From Octopus vulgaris (lineage: Eukaryota): DNA of 64,000 nucleotides. A model generated the notes under the pieces. The model was not told where the DNA came from and did not search any database. It saw only the letters and a list, made by a program, of their open reading frames with translations. The stretch lies in assembly GCA_951406725.2 (NCBI GenBank), contig OX597821.1, forward strand, positions 25,978,001-26,042,000, written 5' to 3'. This document shows positions 1 to 12,375 of this stretch, in pieces. How positions within the stretch are numbered: the first letter of the stretch is position 1; every line of letters begins with the position of its first letter. The translations under genes and the position numbers were made by a program.

Positions 1-139
1 TTTAAATATTTGATTTGCTTGCGAATATTTTAATGTTAACTTCATTTGTGTATATTTTAATGTTTTGACTGTTATTTCTAGCAATGTTTTGACATGCCGA
101 TGCTCCCTCACCTCTTCCCAATGATAGAAGAGTCAGTGA

Positions 140-335
140 ACACGCTATTTTCTGATTGGCCAAAAATTCTGGAAATGATCAAACACTGAACACCTGTAAC
201 ATTTTTGCAAAATTTTTCTGGAATAAATGAATCACGAATTCAGATTCAGCGTCAAAAATTACATCTAAATATATGATACATTAAAAATTTTTTTAGAATA
301 TAATTGTAAACAGAGACGAAAACTTACAAAGATCC
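140..335. mobile_element. Old DNA transposon terminus ending AAAGATCC
   Basis: Ends in AAAGATCC and carries a gattggccaaaaatt motif, as in the element at 62157-63470. Confidence 0.4.
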
Positions 336-361
336 CAACTCTCTTTAAATTATTACATTTT

Positions 362-558
362 CCATATATTTTCCCACTTACAAAGTTGGCATAGCAAATA
401 ATGTAAACATTCAAACATCATCACTATCTTTCCAAATCCTGCTGCATTTCACATGGAATTTTTGGTCTTCCAGTCTTCTTGGTGTATAAATCTACTTACC
501 TTTTGTGGCTGTAAAGTTTGACCTGAAAAATTTGACTTGTAAGCCAGAATATATCATA
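362..558. mobile_element. Decayed Tc2/pogo-like MITE
   Basis: Degenerate TIRs (ccatatattttccc..ttacaa / ttgtaagccagaatatatc). Body is homologous to 10494-10701. Confidence 0.6.
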
Positions 559-632
559 GACTCTTACTAAATTAATGTATTTACTATATCATAAAATCAA
601 ACAAATTTTAATTTAGAAACTAAATTTAGAAA

Positions 633-793
633 CAGGAGTGGCTGTGTGGTAAGTAGCTTGTCTACCAACCACATGGTTCCAGGTTCGGTCCCACTGCATG
701 GCACCTTGGGCAAATGTCAACTACTATAGCCTCAGGCCGACCAAAGCCTTGTGAGTGGATTTGGTAGACGGAAACTGAAAGAAGCCCGTCGTA

Positions 794-826
<33 letters not shown>

Positions 827-1041
827 GCGTGTGTGTGTTTGTGTGTCTGTGTTTGTCCACCTAGCATTGCTTGACAACCGATGCTGGTGTGTTTATGTCC
901 CCGTTACTTAGCGGTTCGACAAAAGAGGCCGATAGAATAAGTACTGGGCTTACAAAAGAATAAGTCCCAGGGTCGAGTTGCTCAATTAAAGGCGGTGCTC
1001 CAGCATGGCCACAGTCAAATGACTGAAATGAGTAAAAGAGT
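633..1041 (+). mobile_element. SINE family A (about 410 bp, internal (TA)n(TG)n, GTAAAAGA tail)
   Basis: Near-identical to more than 15 other copies in the window. Pol III box-like head followed by CCTTGGGCAAGTGTCTT. Confidence 0.9.
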
Positions 1042-1117
1042 ATATATGCATATATTTGTTCACATCCACACATGTATATGCCCATAAGCATATATATATT
1101 CATATATATACAGATAC

Positions 1118-1172
<55 letters not shown>

Positions 1173-2001
1173 AGTAAACAAATGAGGGACAAACAATTAT
1201 AAGTGGCTGTAATTTATTTATGAGGTGTTAGATATACATATTCAAATTACAAGATGAAGATATGTTTTTACAGCTGTTTCGAAGATTCAGTGACTGGTTA
1301 ATGCTCTAATGCATATTATGCAAACAGCCTTACATAATTAAGCAATAATTATTGATACAGCAAATAATCAAAAACATTATCAACTCACATAAAGCATGAT
1401 ATGAGAATATTTTCAAGCTGGAAATGTTGCATATTTTTGTCAGGAAGAAGATTCTACATATGTGAACATGTGTGTGATATATATTAGCATGGCCCCAACT
1501 TGCACACTGAAATTGGTAAAAGAGTCAGAGTATGAAGTAATTTTGGTGTGTGTGTGTGTCCGTGTGTCCTGTATTTTGATTGTAATTATATCTTGTCTGT
1601 CACTATCTGTGGTTTCAGTTTTGTCTGTAAACTGCTGGGAATGGCACATCTCTTTGGGTATACATTATCAGACTGAGTGATATGGTAAGAAGATCTAACA
1701 AAGAACTTATTTAAACAATCAGTTGAGGAGGTGCATTCTACACCTTGGATGTAAGATAACATCTCACCTATGAACTACAAGTGTAAGAATGTATCGAAAT
1801 GATTGCAGTGGTATTAAATAAAGTATGTTGTTAATTCCATTTTTTTTCATTCATCTATTTGTATAAAGTCTACAGATACTTTGGAATTTCTGATATATAC
1901 ACAGTAGTAGAAGCATTTCCACTGTATGAAGACACCAGGTAACCAATAACTGAGGATGAGCTTTGCATAGCATTCTATTAAGTTTTTACCTTAATCTTAA
2001 T

Positions 2002-2059
<58 letters not shown>

Positions 2060-2264
2060 CAGCATGGCAACAGCTTGCAGGCCTGAAACAGGTAAAAGTG
2101 TTAGAGTATATGAAGTAAAATTTGGTGTGTATACATATATATGTGTGTGTATATATGTACGTGTGTGTGTGTGTATATATGTATGTGTGTATATGTATGT
2201 CATCATCATCATCATCATCATCGTTTAGCGTCCGCTTTCCATGCTAGCATGGGTTGGACCATGC

Positions 2265-2300
<36 letters not shown>

Positions 2301-2326
2301 CATCGTTTAACGTCCGCTTTCCATGA

Positions 2327-2358
<32 letters not shown>

Positions 2359-2897
2359 CATACACATACACACATATATATATTGTATCTTTTATTGTTA
2401 TTTTTTACTTGTTTCAGTCATTTAACTGTGGCCATACTGGGGCACCGCTTTGAAGAAATTTTAGTCGAAGGAATTAATTCCAGTACTTATTTTTTTTCAA
2501 AGCCTGGTACCTACCCTATTTGTTTCTTATACACAACTTCTAAGTCATAGGGAATATGTGTTCTAGGTGTGGCTGTGTGGTAAGAAGCTTGCTTCCCAGC
2601 CACATGGTTCTGGGTTCAGCCCCACTGAAACATTAAAAGAAAAGAATATATATAAATTTTACAACAGCACCAGCTGTCAACTAGTGGTGGAGGACAAACA
2701 CAGACACAAAGACACACACAAACACTCACACACACACACATGCATGCACATACACAGGCACACGATGGGTTTCTTTCAGTTTCCATCTACCAAGTCCATT
2801 CACAAGGTTCTGGTTGGCCCAAGGCTGGACTAGAAGACACTTGCCTAAGGGGACTGAACTTGAAACCACACAACCACACCTGCACCTTTATATATAT

Positions 2898-3545
2898 ATG
2901 AGGGATCAGTTTCTGACTGAAGAAAGAAGGCTTTGAATGACCCGTTTGTCTTTTTGTTCGTCCCTTCGTGCATTTCACGTTATTTATTTATGTAAAGGTT
3001 TATTATATATTTCGCAGCGTACGTGCATAATGACTTCTTTATGTTTATCATTTCAATTCCCCTGCACGATGTCTTTAAACTATTTTCTTTCCTTCGATTC
3101 CTTCTCTCCCTCTCTCTCTCGGTCACTGTCCCCTCTCTCTCTTACCCCCTTCTCTCTCTTATCCTCTTGCAACTTGCTGCCTCGTTTCCATCGGCCGCTT
3201 GTTCAACATGTGTCTCATCACCGAAAAGGTAATTATTTTTCCACGCTGTTGATATTGTTTTTGTGTCTCTCTGTTTGTCTCAAAGCCGTAGGGCGCCTGT
3301 GTCATCCCTGTTTTTAACCGTTACTGTCCCCAAAAAAGATTTTTCGTTTCATGTTCGTCTCTGTTGCGTTTCATTCTTTCCTTCTGTGGCTGGCTGATTC
3401 AGATCGGATCTCAGAATTAAACAGCCGAAATCTGCGATGAGGGATCGGTTTCAGACTGAAGAATGAAGGCTTTGAATGATCCGTTTGTCTTTTTGTTCGT
3501 CCCTTCGTGTATTTCACGTTATTTATTTATGTAAAGGTTTATTAT

Positions 3546-3548
<3 letters not shown>
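2898..3548 (+). mobile_element. Element with about 110 bp terminal direct repeats (Penelope-like pseudo-LTR?)
   Basis: 2898-3010 is repeated at 3437-3548, the unit is embedded in (TA)n, and a related sequence lies on the - strand at about 58835-59010. Confidence 0.5.
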
Positions 3549-3595
<47 letters not shown>

Positions 3596-3600
<5 letters not shown>

Positions 3601-4894
3601 AATAAGTAGGAAGGTAGACAAATCACAAACGCCTTCAGGTAGCTGGCCCTGCTCGATCTGTAGAAAAGGCGTAGGTAGAAACTCTATAAGATGTACCAAA
3701 TGTAAGCTATGGACACATAAGAGGTGCAGCAATGTCAAAGGAAGGCTAACTAGGAAGATAGTTTTTGTATGTGGCAGATGCTCAGGAGCAATAAACATTG
3801 AAAATGCTCTGAGACCAATTTCCGCCACATTACAGGGAGAAAAACTAGAAATAGTCGATAGCTTCCATTACCTAGGTGACCAAGTCAGTAGAGGGGCGGG
3901 CGTGCTGAAAGTGTAACTGCTAGAGTAAGAATAGCCTGAGCAAAGTTCAGAGAGCTCTTACCTCTGCTGGTGACAAAAGGCCTCTCGCTCAGAGTAAAAG
4001 GCAGATTGTATGACGCATGTGTATGAACAGCCATGCTACATGGCAGTGAATCATGGGCCATGACTGCTGAGGATATGCGTAAGCTTGCAAGAAATGAAGC
4101 CAGTATGCTCCGATGGATGTGTAATGTCAGTGTTCATACTCGACAAAGTGTAAGTACCTTGAGAGAAAAGTTGGACCTAAGAAGCAACAGCTGTGGTGTG
4201 CAAGAGAGACGTTTGTGCTGGTATGGTCATGTGGCAAGCATGGATGAAGATAATTGTGTGAAAAAGTGCCACACCCTAGCGGTTGAGGGAACCTGTGGAA
4301 GAGGCAGACCCAGAAAAACCTGGGACGAGGTGGTGAGCACAACCTTTGAACTTTAGGTCTCATCGAGGAAATGACTAGAGACCAAGACCTTTGGAAGTAT
4401 GCTGTGCGTGAGAAGACCTGGCAGGACAAGTGAGACCATAACCCATGGCCTCTACCTGGGATGTAGCCAGTCCACTTATGCATACCTTTCCTTCTTGGGA
4501 CACAAAACTCTATTTGTGAAGACCTGTTGAGGCAAGTAAAAATCAAAATCAATATCGATCAACATCAATGAAAATTGCAGTTGTGATACCAGTGCTGGTT
4601 GTACGTAAGAGAGCCATCCAAATGTGGCCGTTGCCAGCACCGCCCTGAATGGCCTCTGTGCCAGTGGCACGTAAAAAGCACCATCCAAATGTGGCTGTTT
4701 GCCAGCCTCGTCTGGCACGTAAAAGCACCCACTACACTCATGGAGTGGTTGGCGTTAGGAAGGGCATCCAGCTGTAGAAACATTGCCAGATCAGACTGGG
4801 CCTGGAGCAGCCTTCTGGCTTCCCAGACCCCAGTTGAACCGTCCAACCCATACTAGCATGGAATGCGGATGCTAAATGATGATGATGATGATGA
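3596..4894 (+). mobile_element. 5'-truncated RTE-clade LINE (PHD-containing family) with 3' UTR and (GAT)n tail
   Basis: Translates to PHD finger, LEIVDSFHYLGD, AMLHGSESWA, RRLCWYGHV and RGRPRKTW, with stops and frameshifts. (GAT)n tail, flanked by (TA)n. Confidence 0.92.
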
Positions 4895-4903
4895 TATATA
4901 TAT

Positions 4904-5110
4904 TCTTTTACTTGTTTCATTCATTTGACTGTGGCCAATCTGGAGCACTGCACTGACGAGTTTTAGATGAACAAATCAACCCCAGTACTTATTTTTAAGC
5001 CTAGTACTTACTCTATCGATCTATTTGCTGAACCACTAAGTTACAGGAACATAGGCACAAACAATAGCAGTTGTCAAGTGGTGATGGGGGTTGGGGAATA
5101 AACACAGGCA
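4904..5110 (-). mobile_element. SINE family A, partial diverged copy
   Basis: Matches the 3' half of family A. Confidence 0.75.
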
Positions 5111-5204
5111 TGAGAAAAACATTTAATAATTGATGTAGAAAAACGATCATTTTTATACATGAACTTCTGTTTGTTTATTACATGATAATAATAAGTGAGA
5201 TGTA

Positions 5205-6210
5205 TGAGTCATTTTATTTTATCAATACAGTAATGGCAAATATATAATCTACTTCATTTAAATAGGTTATTTACTCATTCTTGAATGTAATGATAGTAAT
5301 GGTAAATGAAGTTATTGAAGTATTCATGTTGCATTAAGAGTGAATATTTCTTTATGAACAATGTTTTCGTTTTATTTTGGGCTACATAAGCCTTTACTGC
5401 AAACTGTGAGAATGTTTGGGTCAATGAAGTTTGTGCACAACTAAACTCATACCATTGCATAATTTTGGTTGTGGAGGCACATGGCCTAGTGGTTAGAGCA
5501 GCGGACTCGTGGTCGAGGGATCGCGGGATCGAATCTCAGACCGGGTGATGTGTGTGTTTATGAGCGAAACACCTAAGATACACACGGCTCCTGCAGAAGG
5601 TAATGGCGAGACTTCTGCTGACTCTTTCGCCACAACTTTCTCTCACTCTTTCTTCCTGCATCTTGCAGCTCACCTGCGACGGACTGGCGTCCCGTCCAAG
5701 TGGGGAACCTATACGCCAAGGAAATCGGGAAACCGGCCCTTATGAGCCAGGCATGGCTCGAGAAGGAACAAACAAACAAAAAACCAAATAATTTTGGTTG
5801 AGACAAAATATGTAATAGCATAATAGGAGTCCCTTTTCTCAACTGAAGACAATGAGGAGCTGTGCCTGGTGGTTGTAGTGAGTTAAAGAATTCGATGGGG
5901 TGGTTTACACTATCCTGATTATCAACGACACTGTCAGTTGAGTTATAAATGAAGACTTCTGGAAGTTTATTCCATAGCATATTATTAATAGTATGAAGAG
6001 GAACATTTTTTGGAGCCAAGATAGTTCTGCACCGATGTAATTTGTATTGTTGTAATTATGAGGAAGGATTAGGAAAGGTTTCATACATCAAACTATCGAC
6101 GGAATCAGTTGAAATATCTATTGTATCAATTGGAACTCTCCCTTCACCGAATTTCAAAAGCTGCTCTGGAAATAGTTCGACTGACTGATCTCTTGAAAAT
6201 GTCAATCTCA
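5205..6210 (-). mobile_element. Helitron PIF1-helicase remnant plus 3' region, interrupted by a SINE
   Basis: PIEFFNSLQPPGTAPHCLQLRKGTPIMLL..LSQPKL|CNG continues across the SINE, then a KT.NIVHKEIF terminus. Confidence 0.85.
5472..5787 (+). mobile_element. tRNA-headed SINE with 13-bp TSD
   Basis: A box TGGCCTAGTGG, B box GGATCGAATC, core CTCTTTCGCCACAACTTTCTCTCACTCTT, AAC/AAAC tail. TSD ATAATTTTGGTTG at 5459-5471 and 5788-5800. Confidence 0.92.
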
Positions 6211-6211
6211 A

Positions 6212-6550
6212 TCATGAGTTTAATTTTTTTATTATATTTATCAATACAGTATTGGTGATTGATTATATAATACAGTTCATTTAAATAGGTAATTTAGTCA
6301 TTCTTAAATGTAATGATGGTTAATGGTAAATGAATTTATTGAAATATTCATGTTGCATTAAGAGTGAATGTTTCTTTATGAATAATGTTTTTTTGTTTTA
6401 TTTCGGGGTGCACAAGGAAAAAGGTTTGCTTTTGCTCCCACATGTGATGCTCCTATATAAAGTTGGTTATGTGAAAAGCATGGTTCTTGGAGTTGTAATC
6501 CAGCGGCTTTTAGTGTTTGGCCCTGGCTTTTATTGATACTCATGGTGAAA
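6212..6550 (-). mobile_element. Helitron helicase C-terminus plus 3' region (second copy)
   Basis: [38 protein letters not shown] matches PIF1 motifs V-VI. 6212-6410 is a diverged repeat of 5205-5395. Confidence 0.85.
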
Positions 6551-6569
6551 GAAACTCAGATAGGAAACA

Positions 6570-6580
6570 TGTGTGTATAT

Positions 6581-6611
<31 letters not shown>

Positions 6612-6633
6612 TACATATATATACATACATAGA

Positions 6634-6665
<32 letters not shown>

Positions 6666-6890
6666 CACACACACACATACACACACACACAACACACACA
6701 ATATATATATATATACACACACACATACATATATATACATATATATATACATATATATATATATACATATATATACATATATATATACACATACATATAT
6801 ATATATATATACACACACATACATATATATATATATACACACACACATACATATATATATATATACACACATATATATATATATGCATGT
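6570..6890. repeat. Compound (TA)n/(CA)n microsatellite
   Basis: Direct reading. Confidence 0.95.
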
Positions 6891-6894
6891 ACAA

Positions 6895-8330
6895 GAGATG
6901 CGAAAGAAAGATGATGCTTTATTGAAGGGAAGTAATGTTGCTAAAGAACCAGGATAGCATTGCAGGGACTGACAGTAGAGGTGTGGAAGAAGTCAGCAAA
7001 ACCTTCTGCACAAACCCCTTTTAATCAAAAGCAGTGGTCACGCCTCTGTTGGAAAGCGAAAGAGAGAAAGTACCATCTATTCTGATCAATGAAGTCAAGA
7101 GAGAATCTCAAGCTGACGAACAAAGGAAATGTACCGGGCAAAGATGGTACAACATGTGAAATGCTACAGGCCAGTGGAGAGAAGTTATGGAAAATCCCCA
7201 CTCTACGCTTCAACTGCTACCTAGAAGAAGGGCCAGTACTTGCCCAATGGAAGAAGTCAAATATGACCCTGCTGTACAAGAAGGAAAAATGTTAAGAACT
7301 CTCATCCCATCTGCCTCCTGTCTCATATTTACAAGCTGTTCACGAAGATAATCGCTGAATGGTTATCTCCACAACTGGATGAGCAACAGCCAAGAGAAAA
7401 GGCAAGGTTCAGAAAGAAGTACAGCACTACAGATCATATATTTACTCTACTCTTTTACTCCTTTACTTGTTTCACTCATTTGACTGCGGCCATGCTGGAG
7501 CACCACCTTTAGTTGAGCAAATCGACCCCGAGACTTATTCTTTGTAAGCCCAGTACTTATTCTATCGGATCTCTTTTTGCCGAACCGCTAAGTGGCGGGG
7601 ACGTAAACACACCAGCATCGGTTGTCCAGCAATGCTAGGGGGACAAACACAGACACACAAACACACACATACATATACATATATATACATATATACAACA
7701 GGCTTCTTTCAGTTTCTGTCTACCAAATCCACTCACAAGGCATTGGTCGGCCCGGGGCTATAGCAGAAGACACTTGCCCAAGATGCCATGCAGTAGGATT
7801 GAACCCGGAACCATGTGGTTGGTAAGCGAGCTACTTACCACACAGCCACTCTAATGAAGTTGCTTGAATGAGCAAGAGAGTACCAGTTGTCTCTGTGCAT
7901 TGCATTCATTGATTATGTGAAAGCTTTTGACAGCATCGAAATCAATGCAGTACTGCAAGCTCCCAGGAAACCGGGTGTGATGGTGTAGTATGTCACCCTC
8001 CTTAGGGAGACGAATAATGGGTGCACAACAAATGTGGTCCTATTATCCTCACCAGTGAATGTTCCAGTGGAGAAGGGTGTCAAGCAAAGAGCCATCATCT
8101 CTCCTAAGCTTTACGTGGCATGCCTTGAGATGGTCATGCGAGACATGAACTGGAATGAAGGCATGAGGATAAACGGAGAGCTGTTCATCCATCGAAAATT
8201 CACTGACGACATAGCACTGATAGCAGAGAGCACTGATCGGCTGCTGACCATGGTGAACGAACTGGATTTCAGGGGTTTGGGGCGGTCAGCCTGATGATCA
8301 ACCGTATGAAAACCAAGTACATACGGTCTG
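6895..8330 (+). mobile_element. Decayed RTE-clade LINE RT region (second family), split by a SINE
   Basis: PGKDG..CEML, WKKS...LLYKK, PICLLSHIYKLFTKII, STTDHIFT, FIDYVKAFDS, GVKQ..IISPKL and FTDDIALIAES motifs with stops. Confidence 0.88.
7445..7853 (-). mobile_element. SINE family A
   Basis: Full-length copy inside the RTE RT. Confidence 0.9.
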
Positions 8331-8349
8331 GGGGTGAGCTAATCAGTTG

Positions 8350-8599
8350 CTTCTTCCTCGTGCCGGTGGCACATAAAAAGCACTATCCGATTGTGGCCGT
8401 TTGCCAGCCTCGTCTGGCACCTGTGCCGGTGGCATGTAAAAAGCACCCACTACACTCACGGAGTGGTTGGCATTAGGAAGGACATCCAGCCGTAGAAACA
8501 TTGCCAGATCACACTGGGCCTGGTGCTGCCTTCTGGCTTCTTGAACTGTCCAACCCATTCTAGCATGGAAAGCGGACGCTAAATGATGATGATGATGAT
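8350..8599 (+). mobile_element. 3' end of PHD-RTE family
   Basis: 3' UTR repeats and (GAT)n tail as at 4600-4894. Confidence 0.85.
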
Positions 8600-8655
8600 A
8601 TGTATGTATATATAAATAATATAGATATGTGTATATATATGTGTATATAATATAC

Positions 8656-8696
<41 letters not shown>

Positions 8697-8700
8697 TATA

Positions 8701-9107
8701 GCGCAGGAGTGGCTGTGTGGTAAGTAGCTTGTTTACCAACTGCATGGTTCCGGGTTCAGTCCCACTGCGTGGCACCTTGGGCAAGTGTCTTCTACTATAG
8801 CCTCAGGCCGACCAAAGCCTTGTGAGTGGATTTGGTAGACGGAAACTGAAAGAAGCCTGTCGTATATATGAATATATATGTATATGTATGTGTGTGTTTG
8901 TGTGTCTGTGTTTGTCCCCCTAGCATTGCTTGACAACCGATGCTGGTGTGTTTACGTCCCCGTTACTTAGCGGTTCGGCAAAAGAGACCGATAGAATAAG
9001 TACTGGGCTTACAAAGAATAAGTCCCGGGGTCGATTTGCTCGACTAAAGGCGGTGCTCCAGCATGGCCGCAGTCAAATGACTGAAACAAGTAAAAGAGTA
9101 AAAGAGT
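8701..9107 (+). mobile_element. SINE family A
   Basis: Full-length, low divergence. Confidence 0.92.
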
Positions 9108-9176
9108 ATATATATATACATATATATGTGTATATATATAAATAGTATAGATATGTATATATAAGTAATACAGATA

Positions 9177-9417
9177 GGTGCAGCAGTGGCTGTGTGGTAA
9201 GTAGATTGCTTCCCAACCACATGGTTCCGGGTTCAGTCCCACTGCATGGCACCTTGGGCAAGTGTCTTATACTATAGCCTCGGGCCGACCAATGCCTTGT
9301 GAGTGGATTTGGTAGACGGAAACTGAAAGAAGCCTGTCGTATATATGTATATATCATCATCATCATCATTTAGCGTCCGTTTTCCATGCTAGCATGGGTG
9401 TTTGCATATGTTTGTGC

Positions 9418-9478
<61 letters not shown>

Positions 9479-9665
9479 TTCCCGCCACCATCACTTCTGG
9501 ACAACCGATGCTGGTGTGTTCACGTCCTTGTAAATTAGCGGTTCAGCAAAAGGGATTGGTAGAATAAGTACTAGGCTTACAGAAAATAAGTTCTGGGGTT
9601 GATTTGCTTGACTAAAGGAAGTGATCCAGTATGGCCGCAGTCAAATGACTGAAACAAGTAAAAGA
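9177..9665 (+). mobile_element. SINE family A containing an RTE 3' stub and a (TG)n expansion
   Basis: Family A head and tail. A (CAT)n-TTAGCGTCCGTTTTCCATGCTAGCATGGG stub lies at about 9353-9399. Confidence 0.85.
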
Positions 9666-9674
9666 AAAAAATGT

Positions 9675-9762
9675 GAATATATATATATATGTATACATAT
9701 ATATGTGTGTATATATATACATATATATATATGTATGTATATATAAATAATATACGTATGTG

Positions 9763-9795
<33 letters not shown>

Positions 9796-9916
9796 GTATA
9801 TATAAATAATATACATATGTGTGTATATGTATGTATACATAAATATGCATATGTGTGTTTATATTTATATATGTGTGTATATATATGTATATATAAATGA
9901 TATATGTATATGTGTG

Positions 9917-9976
<60 letters not shown>

Positions 9977-10140
9977 TATATATATAATATTTGTACGTGT
10001 ATATACATATATATGTATGTGTGTGTGTATATATGCATGTATATATATATATATAAAACATGTATGTATATATATATGTGTATATAATGTATATATATTA
10101 AGGTTTATATTATACATTCATGTTGTGTGTGTGTGTGCAT
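9675..10140. repeat. Compound (TA)n/(TG)n microsatellite
   Basis: Direct reading. Confidence 0.95.
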
Positions 10141-10493
10141 GTATTCTTCGTTAATTAAAATACTCCTTGATGTCTGTGCATGTTTTCCGCATTAATTTCA
10201 AGCATCTGCTGTCGCTTCTTATTCAAATCCATTGATAACACTCGTGAAAGAAATTCATTACATGTTTTATTACATGTATGGTGAACATGGCATTAATTTC
10301 TGTCCATGCAGCAACATAACATGAATGCAGTTTATGGCTCTAAACATTTTCTTCCTAAATCTTCAAGGATGCAAAGTAAATATTTCTTTGTTGTATGCAT
10401 AAAGTCTACATATATATATATATTCAATATGTATTTTAATTAAGTTTTCCTAAGTGAAGGGAAAGAAATTCAGTACGTGTATTATTTTACATC

Positions 10494-10701
10494 CCATATT
10501 TTCTGGCACAGAAGTTAATGTAGTGTTTAGTATAAACATGTCATGTAAGAAGCATTTAAACATAGTCACAACTTTCCAAATCCTGCTGCATTCCATATGG
10601 AACTTTCAGCCCTCCAAAGTCATCTTGTATAAGTGAACCCATCTCTTTTGGCTGTAAATTTGGGTCTGAAAATCTTAATTCATATGCCAGAAAATACTGT
10701 A
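10494..10701. mobile_element. Tc2/pogo-like MITE
   Basis: TIRs ccatattttctggca...tgccagaaaatactgta read as CpG-decayed CCGTATTTTCCGGC...GCCGGAAAATACGG-TA. Confidence 0.7.
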
Positions 10702-10825
10702 TTGTAAACCTGATGATGGTACCACGTTACTGTTGTTTACATTCTTGAGGGAAAAGTGTCATTAAACAATTAATTTCAGTCAGCTAATATTCAATTAAAA
10801 ATTTTAAATGAAATCAATATGTATA

Positions 10826-10980
10826 GGCACAGGAGTGGCTGTGTGGTAAGTAGCTTGCTAACCAACCACATGGTTCCGGGTTCAGTCCCACTGCGTGGCA
10901 TCTTGTCTTCTGCTATAGCACCGGGCCGACCAATGCCTTGTGAGTGGATTTGGTAGACGGAAACTGAAAGAAGCCTGTCG

Positions 10981-11023
<43 letters not shown>

Positions 11024-11242
11024 TTGTGTGTCTGTGTTTGTCCCCCTAGCATTGCTTGACAACCGATGCTGGTGTGTTTACGTCCCCGTCACTTAGTGGA
11101 TCGGCAAAAGAGACCGATAGAATAAGTACTGGGCTTACAAAGAATAAGTCCCGGGGTCGATTTGCTCGACTAAAGGTGGTGCTCCAGCATGGCCGCAGTC
11201 AAATGACTGAAACAAGTAAAAGAGTAAAAGAGAGTAAAGAGT
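10826..11242 (+). mobile_element. SINE family A
   Basis: Full-length copy. Confidence 0.92.
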
Positions 11243-11450
11243 ATATGTATGTATGTGTGTATACATGTGTGTGTGTGTGTGTATTTCTTTGTTACATGGG
11301 TGCCAAAAAACTGGCCCTATACTTAGCAATTTATCTACCAAACATGAAGAAAAAGATTATATACTAAAGGTGAAGAGCCATAAGTACACCTAAAGATGGG
11401 CATTGAATAATAAAAAGATTAAAAAAAGAATGATGAATATAATAATATAA

Positions 11451-11889
11451 CAGGTGTAGCTGTGTGGTAAGCAGCTTGCTGCCCAACCACATGGTTCTGG
11501 GTTCAGTCCCACTGCATGGTATCTTGGGCAAGTGTTTTCTATTATAGACGTGGGCTGACCAAAGTTTTGTGAGTGGATTTGGTAGACAGAAACTAGAAAA
11601 AACCCCATCAGACATGTGTGTATGTTAGTGAGTGTGTGTGTGCGTATGTATGTGTGTGTATGTGTGTGTTTGTCCTCCACCACTGCTTGACAACCAGTGT
11701 TGATTTGTTTACATCCCTGTAACTTAGCTGCTCGGCAAAAGAGACTGATAGTATAAGTACCAGATTAAAAAAACATACACACACAAAAAAAGAATGCACT
11801 GGGGTTGATTTGTTCAACTAAAAACTCTTCAAGGTCCCAGCATGGTTGCAGTCCAATGATTGAATCCAGTAAAAGATAAAAGATAAAAG
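11451..11889 (+). mobile_element. SINE family A, older subfamily (GATAAAA tail)
   Basis: Diverged full-length copy. Confidence 0.8.
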
Positions 11890-11993
11890 AACATCACTAA
11901 ACATGATCTGTTGAAGATGGTGAACAAAAGAACATAGCCGAAGATGAATGATATAGAATAAAACCAGTTCTTAGTAACCAAATTTATATCTAA

Positions 11994-12199
11994 TAGAGTG
12001 CCGAAAAGTTCCTGGATTTGGGTAAAAGAAAATCAGTTAATTATGATTTTATTTAACATATTCCCTTCTCGGATTCTCACTTGTTGCAGCGGTCCTTCAT
12101 TTTTTCTAAGCCCTGTAAAAGAACTTGGAATGTTGGGCCTCCAACTGGACCTTTCATGACACCCTTAAAAGCCAGGAACTTTTCAGCAACCGCTTGTAT
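11994..12199. mobile_element. Mariner-type MITE
   Basis: TIRs gtgccgaaaagttcctgg / ccaggaacttttcagca. Inverse copy of 54544-54760. Confidence 0.75.
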
Positions 12200-12375
12200 A
12201 TATCTTGTGTGCAAACTTCTCTTGTTAAATGTGGAAGAAGCAGACCAGTAAAATCTACATCAACTAACTGCTAGAAGAAACTGGATGCACCGTCCAAGAG
12301 CTTAAGATTGTCATGGTTGACAGAAAGGGATGGAAGATGTGTGTGAAGAATCCTTCATCCACTAACTAACTAATA

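Noticed and set aside
500-522. Minus-strand 23-nt micro-exon (tttttcag...AAAG gtaagt) with a paralogue near 10644-10666
   Set aside because: Both lie inside copies of a Tc2/pogo-like MITE with recognisable TIRs, and the second lacks a donor.
1876-1938. 63-bp AG..GT-bounded open frame YFGISDIYTVVEAFPLYEDT
   Set aside because: Weak acceptor, no similarity to ATG10, and it ends in phase 2 while the 24376 exon needs phase 1.
5472-5545. tRNA genes (also near 15130-15203 and 40760-40833)
   Set aside because: These are tRNA-derived SINE heads that continue into SINE bodies, one with a clear TSD.
10575-10640. In-frame TGA in a minus-strand frame (..LEG*KFHMECSRIWK) as possible selenocysteine
   Set aside because: It is within a MITE, is explained by CGA to TGA decay, and has no SECIS or family match.
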